Shown piece by piece: positions 21,455 through 32,478 of a DNA stretch of 34,943 bases. Both the position numbers and the translations under genes were made by a program. The notes beneath the pieces are model-generated. The model saw only the letters and a list, made by a program, of their open reading frames with translations. It made no database searches and was not told the DNA's origin. Position 1 is the stretch's first letter; each line of letters starts with the position of its first letter. Origin of the DNA: Octopus bimaculoides (taxonomy: Eukaryota); assembly GCF_001194135.2 (NCBI RefSeq), contig NC_068995.1, positions 6,902,228-6,937,170 of the forward strand, read 5' to 3'.

Positions 21455-21800
21455 ATGTTAGTTGAGTAACTCTTCCTGTATACACAGGTGCTACTCAACG
21501 TACTCTCCATCACAATTATACCTTTGCGCCATCTTTGAACTCAACTCTCAAGGTCCTTCTCAAAATAAACCAGGTCTATTCTGCTTCATCCATGTCTTAA
21601 TATCCACTTTCACCTTGTCTGTGTGTCATCAAACCATTGACCTTGAAGATTGCCCTTCATTGAATTGAATCGGTGCAAGTTAGACGGCATCAGGTACATC
21701 AGGGGAGACAACCCGTCCTCATTGACAATTTCTAAAGACGTATTTCTCGATTTCTGACTGTTTCCTCATGTCCACATCATAGAAAATTAAAAATTTTGTC
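21455..21800 (-). mobile_element. Heavily decayed mariner transposase C-terminal fragment
   Basis: SPDVPDAV..DKVKVDIKTWMKQNRPG..YNCDGEYVE* resembles mariner SPDLAPSD..V..WL....GEYVE ends. Confidence 0.5.
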
Positions 21801-21976
21801 TTTGTATAGAGTCTGATGAGCTGTCCACAGGGCTTTGGCTTTGCGGATATGAAACCTTAGGTAACTCTATGTCCAAGATATAAAATTTTTTGTTGTTACA
21901 ACGTATGTATATGTAAATATATATATATATGTGTGTGTATATGAATGTATATATATATATATATATNNNNNNNNNN

Positions 21977-22010
<34 letters not shown>

Positions 22011-22399
22011 GTATCTGAGTGTGTGTCTTCCTCCTTTGAAGACAATAGCGTGTAATTTGTGGGAGATATAGCTGCTATTTCAAGCAAGATGATAAATTCC
22101 ATAGTTGCTCTCTTGTTGCTTCATTAGGCAGTGGGTTTTATCTATTGGATTCCAGCAGATAGTTTTGAGAGAAAGAGACTGAGAGCCAGCGAGTTCGATA
22201 AACACCAATTGATTAAAAATCAGAGCAGCCATTATCTGGACAGAGCAAAGCTCAGTGTTTCGATAAACTCAGCTGAGATTGAAGGGGAGTGTTTAGAGTC
22301 CTAGCGAGATAAGACCAACCGGAACTAGATCCTGAGTCACATGACACTTTTTTGCAAATGCTGTTAAATGTCTGCAGTCTTAAAAGATAAAATAATAAA

Positions 22400-22765
22400 A
22401 ATATTCTTTTCTACTTGAGGCACAAGGCCCAAAGTTTTTGGGGAGGTGGGGGCAGCAGTCGATTAGATCGACCCCAGTACACAGCTTGTACTTAATTTAT
22501 TAACCCCAAAAGGATGAAAGGCAAAGCTGACCTTGGTGGAATTTGAACTCAGAACGTAAAAACAGATGAAATACCGCTAAGCATTTCGCCCGGCGTGGTA
22601 ACGATTCTGTCGCTTGTCGACTTAAGGGACAATATAATAATCTTTTCTACTCTGGGCACAAGGCCTAAAATTTTTGGGGAGGGGGCCAGTCGATTAGATT
22701 GATCTCCAGTATGCAACTGGTACTTAATTTATTAATCCTGAAAGGATGAAAGATAAAGTCAACAA
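22400..22765 (-). mobile_element. Two head-to-tail copies of SINE family A (second truncated)
   Basis: TTTTCTACT..GGCACAAGGCC.AAA.TTTTTGGGGAGG..AAAGGATGAAAG occurs twice. Confidence 0.85.
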
Positions 22766-22791
22766 AAGAAAGTTCTGAGATTGATTTTTAA

Positions 22792-22821
<30 letters not shown>

Positions 22822-22826
<5 letters not shown>

Positions 22827-22885
22827 TTCAAGGTGGTGCTCCAACATGGCTGCAGTCTAATGACTGAAACATGTAAAATATAAAA
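22822..22885 (+). mobile_element. 3' module of SINE family B after a poly(A)
   Basis: CCTTCAAGGTGGTGCTCCAACATGGCTGCAGTCTAATGACTGAAAC; a similar copy lies at 30130-30185. Confidence 0.75.
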
Positions 22886-23073
22886 GATATAAATAATTCC
22901 TCTTCAAAGAAGAGTCTTGTCTGTAGCATGAGAGCTCTCTTGTACCTGAAGATAAACTACCAGTTAAAGCATACCACCATTAATATCTTGGATTCTGTTT
23001 CACATCATTTGTTTTCTCAAATACTACAGCTTATTTTGCTGTTTTGAAACACTCTCTTTCAGAAAACACATAC

Positions 23074-23255
23074 AGTAATATTCGTAACCACTTTAACATA
23101 GTTATCCATTCGAGCGGACTCTACTGTGATTTTTTAACCCCAAGAGGACGTCTCCTCTAGCTGGTTAACGATGCATAGCTGTATCTTGGAGTTAAAAAAT
23201 CACAGTAGAGTTTGATCAAACAGACAGCCATGTTAAAGTGGCTACGAATATTACT
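23074..23255. mobile_element. Palindromic MITE-like element with about 72-bp arms
   Basis: 23074-23145 pairs with 23184-23255 (AGTAATATTCGTA.CCACTTTAACAT...ACTCTACTGTGATTTTTTAAC.CCAAGA), leaving a 38-nt loop. Confidence 0.8.
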
Positions 23256-23324
23256 TGTCGGTACAACTACTGCATTGATCTCGTAGAGAGATTTTAGAAA
23301 TAGCGTATAGTAATAGCTAATTTG

Positions 23325-23442
23325 TCATCGTCATCATTTAGTGTCTGTTTTCCATGCTGTCATGGGTTAAACGGTTTGACATGGGCTGGCTAGTCAGAAG
23401 ACTGCACTGGGCTTCACTGTCTGTTTCGGCAGGATTTTTACC
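23325..23442 (-). mobile_element. RTE-tail-like repeat
   Basis: CATCATTTAGTGTCTGTTTTCCATGCTGTCATGGGTTAAACGGTTTGAC resembles 32022-32075. Confidence 0.65.
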
Positions 23443-23517
23443 GAGGCTGTGGAGTCAGTCATGGAGTCGGAATTGATAAAACCATACTGACTCTGACTCA
23501 CAATATATATGTATGTA

Positions 23518-23564
<47 letters not shown>

Positions 23565-24439
23565 GATAAATTCTTATAAAGAATTTATCCTATATTATAT
23601 TATATATATATATATGTATATGTATAACATATGGTAGGTGCCATATTTCATTCTATAACAGATACCTCTGAAGAGCACAAGGTTACATAATCGGGCTGTT
23701 ACCTAACTCTCCATTGAACTCCTAGTGTGAAAGCAATTGGTGAGATCGGCCGTAATGGATATACTATATCGTACACTTTGATTAATATATATATATGATA
23801 TGTAGAGAGAGAGAGGGACAGACAATCGTAGGCATATCAAATATATTTACAAAAGTTATTATGTTACATAATATCAAATGATATAATAATCAGATTTTTA
23901 CTGCTATTTCAATGTAGCTTGCGAACAGTGGATATTCTTAGGCATGTTATGCAATTAGCTGTAAACATTATGAGGTAATATTGTAACAAATCACTGGTGT
24001 TTATTGTACAGGTATAGTTTGAGTGAAGGTCATTAGTTTTCTCTTGTGTTTCACCAAAGTCATCTTCTGTAGCATTAGTGGTAGCAGCAACAGTAACAAC
24101 AACAAAAACAGCAGCTGCAGCAGCAATTGTTGTTGTTGTAATTGTAGTAGTAATTGTAAAAAACTTTGAAGGTTCATAAACCAGATTCTTTTTCATCTGC
24201 ATCTTCTCAGTTACTACTATTCACCCTTATAATGTGGGATAGCCATGTTTTACCTCTGTAGAAAGACACCTGTTCTTGTTCGTCTATCATACTTTAGACT
24301 CTTAGCACTTGGCATAAAGCCACTTTCCTTTCCCTAACATCACCACAACCACCACCACAACCACCACCACCAACACCACCACTTAGTTGTAGGGGCTTTT
24401 CTCTTTCCTGTTCTTTTTTTTGTCCTGCTATGTACTTGG

Positions 24440-24640
24440 CGACCTCACCATTTCTGGTGGCATGTAAAAAAGCACCCAGTACCTGCTGCATGGTGGTTGG
24501 CAGGAGGAAGGGCATCCAGTCGTAGAAAACATGCCAAAGTGGACACTGGAGCTTGGCATGGTCCTGCAGTTTGCTGGATGCTTTCAAACCATCCAACCCT
24601 TGTCGGCATAGAAAACAGATGTATGATGATAATGATGGTT
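24440..24640 (+). mobile_element. RTE-tail-like repeat
   Basis: GGTTGGCAGGAGGAAGGGCATCCAGTCGTAGAAA..CCATCCAACCCTTGTCGGCATAGAAAACAGATG..GATGAT. Confidence 0.7.
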
Positions 24641-25004
24641 TTATTTATTTTGTGTGTGTGTGTGTTATAATGTCATTCCGAATACATTAGTTGTAGCTCT
24701 ATGCATATCCTCACCACCCACACACAAGTGTGTGTGTGTGGGTGTGTGTTTGAACCACAATACTAAACTGGCCATCATTAAAAGCAACACCTCTTTCATC
24801 CAGGTAGCAATCAATCATATCCAAGCCATAGATCTGTGTTTGGTTTATGGGTTATATGTTAATACCAGATGTCTCTCTTTTGGTTGGTTTATGGTATTTA
24901 GCCACAGGTCAGCTAGCTCTCTTCATTCTGACCGACAATCGTAGGTGTCCAAGCCATGACAGTCTCGTCTGTTTGTCCATGATTACAGGACTGCATTTTT
25001 CTTT

Positions 25005-25405
25005 CATTTGTTTCAGTCATTTGACTGCGGCCATGCTGGAGCACCACCTTTAGTCGAGCACATCGACCCCAGGACTTATTCTTTGTAAGCCTAGTACTTA
25101 CTCTATCGGTCTCTTTTGCTGAACCACTAAGTTACGGGGACGTAAATACACCAGCTTCGATTGTTAAATGATGTTAGTGGACAAACAAACATACACACAA
25201 ACTTATGCACACACATACACGCATACATACATGCATACATACATATATACGACGGGCTTCTTTCAGTTTCCGTCTACCAAATCCACTCACAAGGCTTTGA
25301 TCGGCCCGAGGCTATAGTTGAAGACACTTGTCCAAGGTGCCCCGCAGTGGGACTGAACCCGGAACCATGTGGTTGGTAAGCAAGCTACTTATCACACAGC
25401 CACAC
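25005..25405 (-). mobile_element. Composite SINE family B, best-preserved copy
   Basis: 3' module at 25005-25185, CA/TACA tract to about 25250, head at 25250-25405. Confidence 0.9.
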
Positions 25406-25484
25406 ACACACATACATATATATACATACACACATATATGTATGTATACACGTGTGCACACACACACACACACACACACATGAC

Positions 25485-25628
25485 AAGCTTCTTTCAGTTT
25501 CCATCTACCAAATCCACTCACAAGGCCTTGGTTGGCTCGAGGGTATAGAAGAAGGCATACTTGCCCAGGGTGCCATGCAGTGGGACTGAACCCGGAACCA
25601 TGAGGTTGTTCTTACCACACAGCCACTC
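25485..25628 (-). mobile_element. Extra family B head in tandem with the previous copy
   Basis: GCTTCTTTCAGTTTCCATCTACCAAATCCACTCACAAGGC..CAGTGGGACTGAACCCGGAACCATG. Confidence 0.85.
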
Positions 25629-26004
25629 CTCTACCTATGTCTATGATTATGTCACCCTGTATGTGTGTCCCTCTTTCTTCCTTCCGGTTTTGTCACTGTG
25701 TGTGTACGTGCGTGGAAGCTCTCTATTGTTGCGTCTTTGTGTGTGACGTTATGTGTGCATGGTTGTGTTATTCTATGTGTCTGTGTTTGTGTCTCTATAA
25801 TTTGATCAGCGTTTGTGTTGAGGGTTGCATCATCATTTTGTGTGTGTATGTGTCCATGTCCGCTGTGTCTGGTTGTGTTGTTATTGTCTGCAACGAACAA
25901 ATAAGTATAGCATGCCGATGTCAAAGCGGTGTGTGTGAATGTTATCTCTTATCAAACCGTGATCTTTATTTATGAAGTCTTATGTACATTTCTCAGTTGA
26001 CGGC

Positions 26005-26006
26005 TC

Positions 26007-26102
<96 letters not shown>
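26005..26102. repeat. (TG)n(TA)n microsatellite
   Basis: Direct reading. Confidence 0.95.
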
Positions 26103-26104
<2 letters not shown>

Positions 26105-27229
26105 GACCTACCCAAAAAGGAAAAATTCACTTGTCACTAATAGTGACTGAAGGTGCATGGTAGCACCTACATTGCTAGAGATAAGAGTCAAAGACCCTTA
26201 TAGCCCCAAACATAGCACGAGTCTATGTACTGACAGGGGAGTTAACTACTCTCCAGTGAGCGAGGGGTCTATATTGGCAAGGCAATTTCAGTTGTTTTCC
26301 AGATGCCCATTTTACAGACTGTACTGTGTTTACTTGTTCATGGTATCAGCAATACAGAGGTTGACTTGGTGCTAGAAGTCTAAACTTGTGTTGTCTTCTG
26401 CTCAATTCATTAATCACTTTATAAAGTCACTTTCTAAAGTTATCTCATCAGATTTTTTATAGAAATTAGAGCCAGCATTGAATGTTGTGACGTTTCCTAT
26501 CCGAATACATCTATGTAAACAGTGTGACCAAAGATAGAAAAATAGGTGATGGGTGTATATGCACATTTCAGGAGTTATTGCTGCTTCTTCAGTATCACAT
26601 AAAACCCATTAACCATCCACAAATATGCTACTTAAGTAGCCACTAAATTTAGTAGTGTAACTCAATTGGATAGACCAGTTTTGCATATTAAACACATTCC
26701 TTGCAACTGGTACATATATATTAATTACTTGGAGGAACACTGTATTTCGATCTGCAACCATGATATGCTGCCAGGCATATTAAAGGCTTATAAGTCAATG
26801 CTGTGTCCTACCTGTGTTAGCAGTGCGATTCAGTCACTGTGAAGCTTTTAATATGCTTGGTAGTTTATTATGGCTTCAAAACGAAATACAGTGTCCCTAC
26901 CAGCAATATATACTTTGTGGTGCATGTATGTGTATGTATATATATGTGTGTGTGTGTGTGTGTGTTAGTGTATAAGATGTGTATATATTTATGGTGGTGG
27001 GTGTACTTCTGCAACTGTCCTGTAATACTTTACTATTTGATGATGCCATCTTCTCTTAGGGTAAGAAGGGGCCAGTAGTCAGCCTGTCGAGTCCATCCAC
27101 CTCCAGGGGCTTTGGTCATATCTGACAGCTACAGACTCATGAAGTAAGGAGGCAGGAAAATGCATTTGTTGGGGTTTGTTTGAGATTTTGTTGTATTTCC
27201 AGTTTGCTGGATGATTTCCACTATGATGT

Positions 27230-27412
27230 AATTTGTGTGTGTGTGTGCGTGGGTGTATATATATGTGTGTATATATGTATGTATTATTTGTTTGTGTACA
27301 TATTTGTATATACATTTGTGTGCATATATATGTATGCATATGTGTGTATATATATATGTATTTATGTATGTGTATATATATTTGTATATATATATTTGTA
27401 TATATGTATGTA

Positions 27413-27457
<45 letters not shown>

Positions 27458-27623
27458 TTATGTATGTGTATATATATGTGTATATATGTGTTTGTGTGTG
27501 TATACACACACACATACATGTATCATACATTACATAATTATACTCTTGTACACTTTTTTTTTCATTTTCTCTACATGTACCACACCTCTTTTAAAGAGCT
27601 GTTTGTAATCATATATATGTATA

Positions 27624-27668
<45 letters not shown>

Positions 27669-27705
27669 ACATATATATTGTGTGTGTTTGTGTACACATG
27701 CGTGT
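27230..27705. repeat. Degenerate TA/TG microsatellite field
   Basis: Direct reading; the ORFs here are Y/I/C/V artefacts. Confidence 0.9.
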
Positions 27706-28166
27706 GCTCTATGTAAGGCAGAGACGTACAAAGCACAATGCTGTCATGCCTTCATTGTTATGGTAACCAAAGCTGAAATGACCTGATGTCATTGTTATTT
27801 ATTTATCGTGATAATATAAAATCCTATTTGTTGTTGCAGTGGTGGAAGGAGTAAAAAACTGGAAAGGGAGGAATTATTATAGTTGAGTAGGTTCAGTGTG
27901 TTCTGCTTGAGTCAACCTGTGGCATAGGAAGAGAAAAAAACCTAACGCACACGTGGGAATACGTTACACACACACTCTCGGTTCGTTTGCTATCGACATT
28001 GTACTACGGCATTCAATAATCTAATAGTTATGGCTGTTTCGTGATGAGTGGCTGCGATGTGGCATTCATGAAATATAATATCCTGTGCGCTGGTCAAGAC
28101 TTTTCAAGAGGCCTTTTTCTTTGTTGTTAGTGCTGTTGTTTAGCCTGTGATCAAGCAGGTCTTTCT

Positions 28167-28528
28167 GTGGAGGCGCAATGGCCCAGTGGTTAGGGCAGCG
28201 GACTCGCGGTTATAGGATCGCGGTTTCGATTCCCAGACCGGGCGTTGTGAATGTTTATTGAGCGGAAACACCTAAGGCTCCACGAGGCTCCGGCAGGGGA
28301 TGGTGGCGAACCCTGCTGTACTCTTTCACCACAACTTTCTCTCACTCTTACTTCCTGTTTCTGTTGTGCCCTGTTGTGCCTGTAATTCAAAGGGTCAGCC
28401 TTGTTACACTGTATGTCACGCTGAATATCCCCGAGAACTACGTTGAGGGTACACGTGTCTGTGGAGTATTCAGCCACTTGCACGTTAATTTCACGAGCAT
28501 GCTGTTCCGTTGATTGGATCAACTGGAA
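28167..28528 (+). mobile_element. tRNA-derived SINE family C
   Basis: A box TGGCCCAGTGG, B box GGTTTCGATTCC; the body matches 21011-21391 in reverse. Confidence 0.9.
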
Positions 28529-28555
28529 AGGAACACGAGGAAATAAACAGAGAAA

Positions 28556-28587
<32 letters not shown>

Positions 28588-28775
28588 NNNNNNNNNNNNN
28601 NNNNNNNNNNNNNNNNNNNNNNNNNNNNNNNNNNNNNNNNNNNNNNNNNNNNNNNNNNNNNNNNNNNNNNNNNNNNNNNNNNNNNNNNNNNNNNNNNNNN
28701 NNNNNNNNNNNNNNNNNNNNNNNNNNNNNNNNNNNNNNNNNNNNNNNNNNNNNNNNNNNNNNNNNNNNNNNNNNN
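28588..28775. other. Assembly gap
   Basis: Ns after a (TA)n run. Confidence 1.
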
Positions 28776-29457
28776 TGTAAATAAAATCAAGGGTATGCAA
28801 TGTTCCATTAATTAATAAGTTAAAAACAAATGGGCAACAGACACAGATGGTTACCAATTCCTTGTCAGTTATCAGCTGGAGGGTCAAACATAATTTTGTT
28901 CCTTATAATAATATTGCTTCCCTTCTGGGAAGAGAAAACGAAAAAAAAAACAAAACAAAAAAAAACGTAAGCAGATGAGGGAACAACAAGCAGATGTAAG
29001 AATGGAAAAGTCTTTGACGTTTCGAGCCTCTGCTCTTTGACAGAAAGGATTAAGAGGAAAAGAAAAATGGAGAGAGAATATTAAAAAAAAATAAAAAAAT
29101 AACGAAGTGAGGAAGAAAAAAAAAAAACGTGTAGGGATTAATGGTTGAACATGATGAAATGACTGACTTCCCATTTTGGTATGGGTTTGATGGGCTGTCA
29201 TTGTCCAATTTGGTTCTTATTTGGTTTCTATGGCTACATCGTCTTCCTAATTGCAACCACTTTACAGAGTGTATGTACTGAGTGCTTTTTTCATAACAAC
29301 TGCTCTAAGGAAATCATCATGTGTTTGTAAAGACACTCCTTGTCGAGTGACCACTGGCTTGTAAAACCTGTGTTATTTCTTCTGCTGGAATGTAGAAAAC
29401 ACTGTGAGAATGCATTAGAACTGGTTATTGTCATTTCCATCAGATTGTTAATATTCA

Positions 29458-29681
29458 CCCTTTCGATACCAACCTGGCTGAAACCACCTCTTGCTCTGTA
29501 ATACAAATGTCTTGTTTTCAAAGGTTCTGAATTAAAATCTTCCACCAAACTTTAGTCACAATTAATGTTCCTAACACTAGCTGAATGGTAACTAAGTTAT
29601 TTTACTAAATTCTTAGTTATATATTTAAAATCGATTGATTGAAACACAGAGCATCTCAACAGAAATATGCTAACAAAATGG
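29458..29681. mobile_element. piggyBac-like MITE
   Basis: TTCA|CCCTTTCGATACCA ... TGCTAACAAAATGG|TTAA: degenerate CCCTTT TIRs with TTAA-like flanks. Confidence 0.5.
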
Positions 29682-29699
29682 TTAAGTACACTGCTTAGA

Positions 29700-30065
29700 T
29701 GGTAAGCTGGTAGAGTTGTTGACACAGTGGGCAAAATGTTTAGCAGCATTTAATTTATCTTAGTTTTGAGTTCAAATTCTGCCGAGGTCGACATTGCCTT
29801 TCATCCTTTTGGGGTCGATAAAATAAGTATCAGTTGACATCTGGGGGGGTGACTTGACCTCTATCCTCTGAGATTGCTGGCCTTTTGTCAAGATTTGAAA
29901 CCATTATTAAGTGCACTGCTACTTATGTTCTGAGTTCAAATCCTGCTGAGGTCACTTTTCCCTTTCACCCTTTCACCCTTGATAAAACAAAGTACCAGCT
30001 GAGCACTGGCACTGATGTAACTGACTATCCCCCTCTCCTCAAAATTGCTGGCAAAATTTGGCAAA
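29700..30065 (+). mobile_element. Two head-to-tail copies of SINE family A
   Basis: GAGTTCAAAT.CTGC.GAGGTC at about 29768 and 29931, each followed by CCTTTCA.CCTTT and an AAATTGCTGGC-like tail. Confidence 0.85.
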
Positions 30066-30190
30066 AGTATCTGATAGAATAAGTACTAGGCTTAAATAAT
30101 AAGTCCAGGGGTTGACTTGTTTAAAAAAACCCCTTCAAAGCGGTGCTCCAGCATGGCCACGGTCAACTGATTGAAACAAGTAAAAGAATA
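30065..30190 (+). mobile_element. 3' module of SINE family B
   Basis: GATAGAATAAGTACTAGGCTT..CCTTCAAAGCGGTGCTCCAGCATGGCCAC..GAAACAAGTAAAAG. Confidence 0.75.
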
Positions 30191-30771
30191 GAAACAAAAA
30201 ATCTAATAGCTTCAAAATTTTGATGATATGAGCGTATATTTTTAGATCGACATTATCGGGTAGATGTGAGAGGTCAGTTTGAGCATAAAGCATGCAGAAT
30301 ATTTGGGCCAGATATGGCTGGTTTAAACGCTAAAGGGTCAAAGACATGTCCATTACCAATACTTTATTGACAGTGGCTGATGAGTGATGGACTAAACTCT
30401 CCAGTCTGGTGCTTTGGCCTCTCATCCCTCTCTGTTTGTTTTGCCAAACCCTACATCTCCTTACTATTAGCAGAGTCCACTCTGTTACCTACTCTTATGT
30501 CAGGTTGTTGTATCTTCTGTTGTACTCTGAGATGATACAGGTACTTGGTATGGTAGGGGCCTGTCCCCTTGAGCAACATGACTTCATGTGGCTGTCTTAT
30601 TTACTGTCATAGCCTCTGAGCCATTTGCAGGGGGTTAGCAGTGATCCACAAATCACAGCTCTTTCATTCCTCACCTGGCATTCTTAGAGGGCCTGTAAAA
30701 GCCGAGGTCATGACCTGATCTGTTGAGGTCGTAGCCATTTTCTTCTTTGACCCATCCTTCCTGCTTTTCCT

Positions 30772-30855
30772 ACATTGTGGCGTGTATGTGCAACCATACC
30801 ACCACAACCATCACATTGTGGCATGTATATACCACCATACTATCACAGCCACTAC
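30772..30855. repeat. Two diverged 41-bp tandem units
   Basis: ACATTGTGGCGTGTATGTGCAACCATACCACCACAACCATC / ACATTGTGGCATGTATATACCACCATACTATCACAGCCACT. Confidence 0.7.
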
Positions 30856-31090
30856 ATCTAACCAGTAACTTACAAAGCTATCCTCTGTTTAATCTTTTGA
30901 GATTACTGATGATGGTGGTGGTGGTGGCAGCGTGGTGTTGGGATTAAGTAAAGCTCTAGTTTTGTGTTGTTGCTTATTTGGTGTTGATGGCCACGGTGGT
31001 GTTAGTGGAGGGTGGGAGCTGATGGTGGTGTTGATGGTGCCGACAGTGGAGATAGTAGTGATGATGATGATGATCATCATCATTATTCAA

Positions 31091-31835
31091 NNNNNNNNNN
31101 NNNNNNNNNNNNNNNNNNNNNNNNNNNNNNNNNNNNNNNNNNNNNNNNNNNNNNNNNNNNNNNNNNNNNNNNNNNNNNNNNNNNNNNNNNNNNNNNNNNN
31201 NNNNNNNNNNNNNNNNNNNNNNNNNNNNNNNNNNNNNNNNNNNNNNNNNNNNNNNNNNNNNNNNNNNNNNNNNNNNNNNNNNNNNNNNNNNNNNNNNNNN
31301 NNNNNNNNNNNNNNNNNNNNNNNNNNNNNNNNNNNNNNNNNNNNNNNNNNNNNNNNNNNNNNNNNNNNNNNNNNNNNNNNNNNNNNNNNNNNNNNNNNNN
31401 NNNNNNNNNNNNNNNNNNNNNNNNNNNNNNNNNNNNNNNNNNNNNNNNNNNNNNNNNNNNNNNNNNNNNNNNNNNNNNNNNNNNNNNNNNNNNNNNNNNN
31501 NNNNNNNNNNNNNNNNNNNNNNNNNNNNNNNNNNNNNNNNNNNNNNNNNNNNNNNNNNNNNNNNNNNNNNNNNNNNNNNNNNNNNNNNNNNNNNNNNNNN
31601 NNNNNNNNNNNNNNNNNNNNNNNNNNNNNNNNNNNNNNNNNNNNNNNNNNNNNNNNNNNNNNNNNNNNNNNNNNNNNNNNNNNNNNNNNNNNNNNNNNNN
31701 NNNNNNNNNNNNNNNNNNNNNNNNNNNNNNNNNNNNNNNNNNNNNNNNNNNNNNNNNNNNNNNNNNNNNNNNNNNNNNNNNNNNNNNNNNNNNNNNNNNN
31801 NNNNNNNNNNNNNNNNNNNNNNNNNNNNNNNNNNA
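31091..31835. other. Assembly gap
   Basis: Ns. Confidence 1.
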
Positions 31836-32021
31836 TATATATATGTGTATATGTATGTATGTGTATATATATATGTATGTATGGGTGTATATATATGTAT
31901 GTATATATATATGTGTATATTGTATGTTTGTGTCTATACATATGTATGCATGCGTGTCTATATATGTATGTGTGTGTATATGTATGTATGTTTATACATA
32001 CATTATATATATATATATATA

Positions 32022-32175
32022 TCATCATCATCATCCTTTAACGTCCACTTTCCATGCTAGCATGGGTTGGACGGTTTGACTGAGGACTGGTGAAACCAAA
32101 TGGCTACACCAGGCTCCAATCTGATTTGGCAGAGTTTCTACAGCTGGATGCCCTTCCTAACACCAACCACTCAGT
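32022..32175 (-). mobile_element. RTE-tail-like repeat with (GAT)n tail
   Basis: CATCATCATCATCCTTTAACGTCCACTTTCCATGCTAGCATGGGTTGGACGG..GGATGCCCTTCCTAACACCAACCAC. Confidence 0.75.
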
Positions 32176-32317
32176 TGACTAGCAGCAGTTTATATGCAAA
32201 TTGATAAATTAAATTTCTGGAACACTTTGAGAAGCTGACAGTTGTTGCATTCGAACCTGCATTTTGTAAACTGACCATTGTTATTTCCACTAACTTGTTG
32301 ATATCAAATGCACAGCT

Positions 32318-32478
32318 CTTTGTGTTCTGAGTTCAAATTCTGTTGAGGTCGGCTTTGCCTTTCATCCTTTCAGGGTTGTTAAAATAAATACCAGATGACT
32401 ACTGAGGGTCAATATAAATTGATTGGGCCCCTTTCTTCAAAATTGCTGGCCTTGTGCTAAAATTAGAAAGAATATTAA
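32318..32478 (+). mobile_element. SINE family A, 5'-truncated
   Basis: GTTCTGAGTTCAAATTC..GCCTTTCATCCTTTCAGGG..AAAATTGCTGGCCTTGTGC. Confidence 0.8.

Noticed and set aside
23909-24202. 97-aa minus-strand ORF with T/A/V runs
   Set aside because: It is largely a degenerate trinucleotide tract with no domain motif.
25637-27766. ORFs rich in YIYI/CVCV/HTHT (also at 13353-13843, 15573-16528 and elsewhere)
   Set aside because: These are translations of TA/TG/CA repeats.
28167-28245. tRNA-like A/B boxes (also at 3062, 3591, 5532, 19321)
   Set aside because: No complete cloverleaf or acceptor stem; each continues into a SINE body.
30841-30862. TATCACAGCCA, matching the miR-2/miR-13 5' end, in a weak hairpin
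   Set aside because: It lacks the conserved 3' UUUGAUGAG-type half, the stem is short and bulged, and it lies in a 41-bp tandem duplication.
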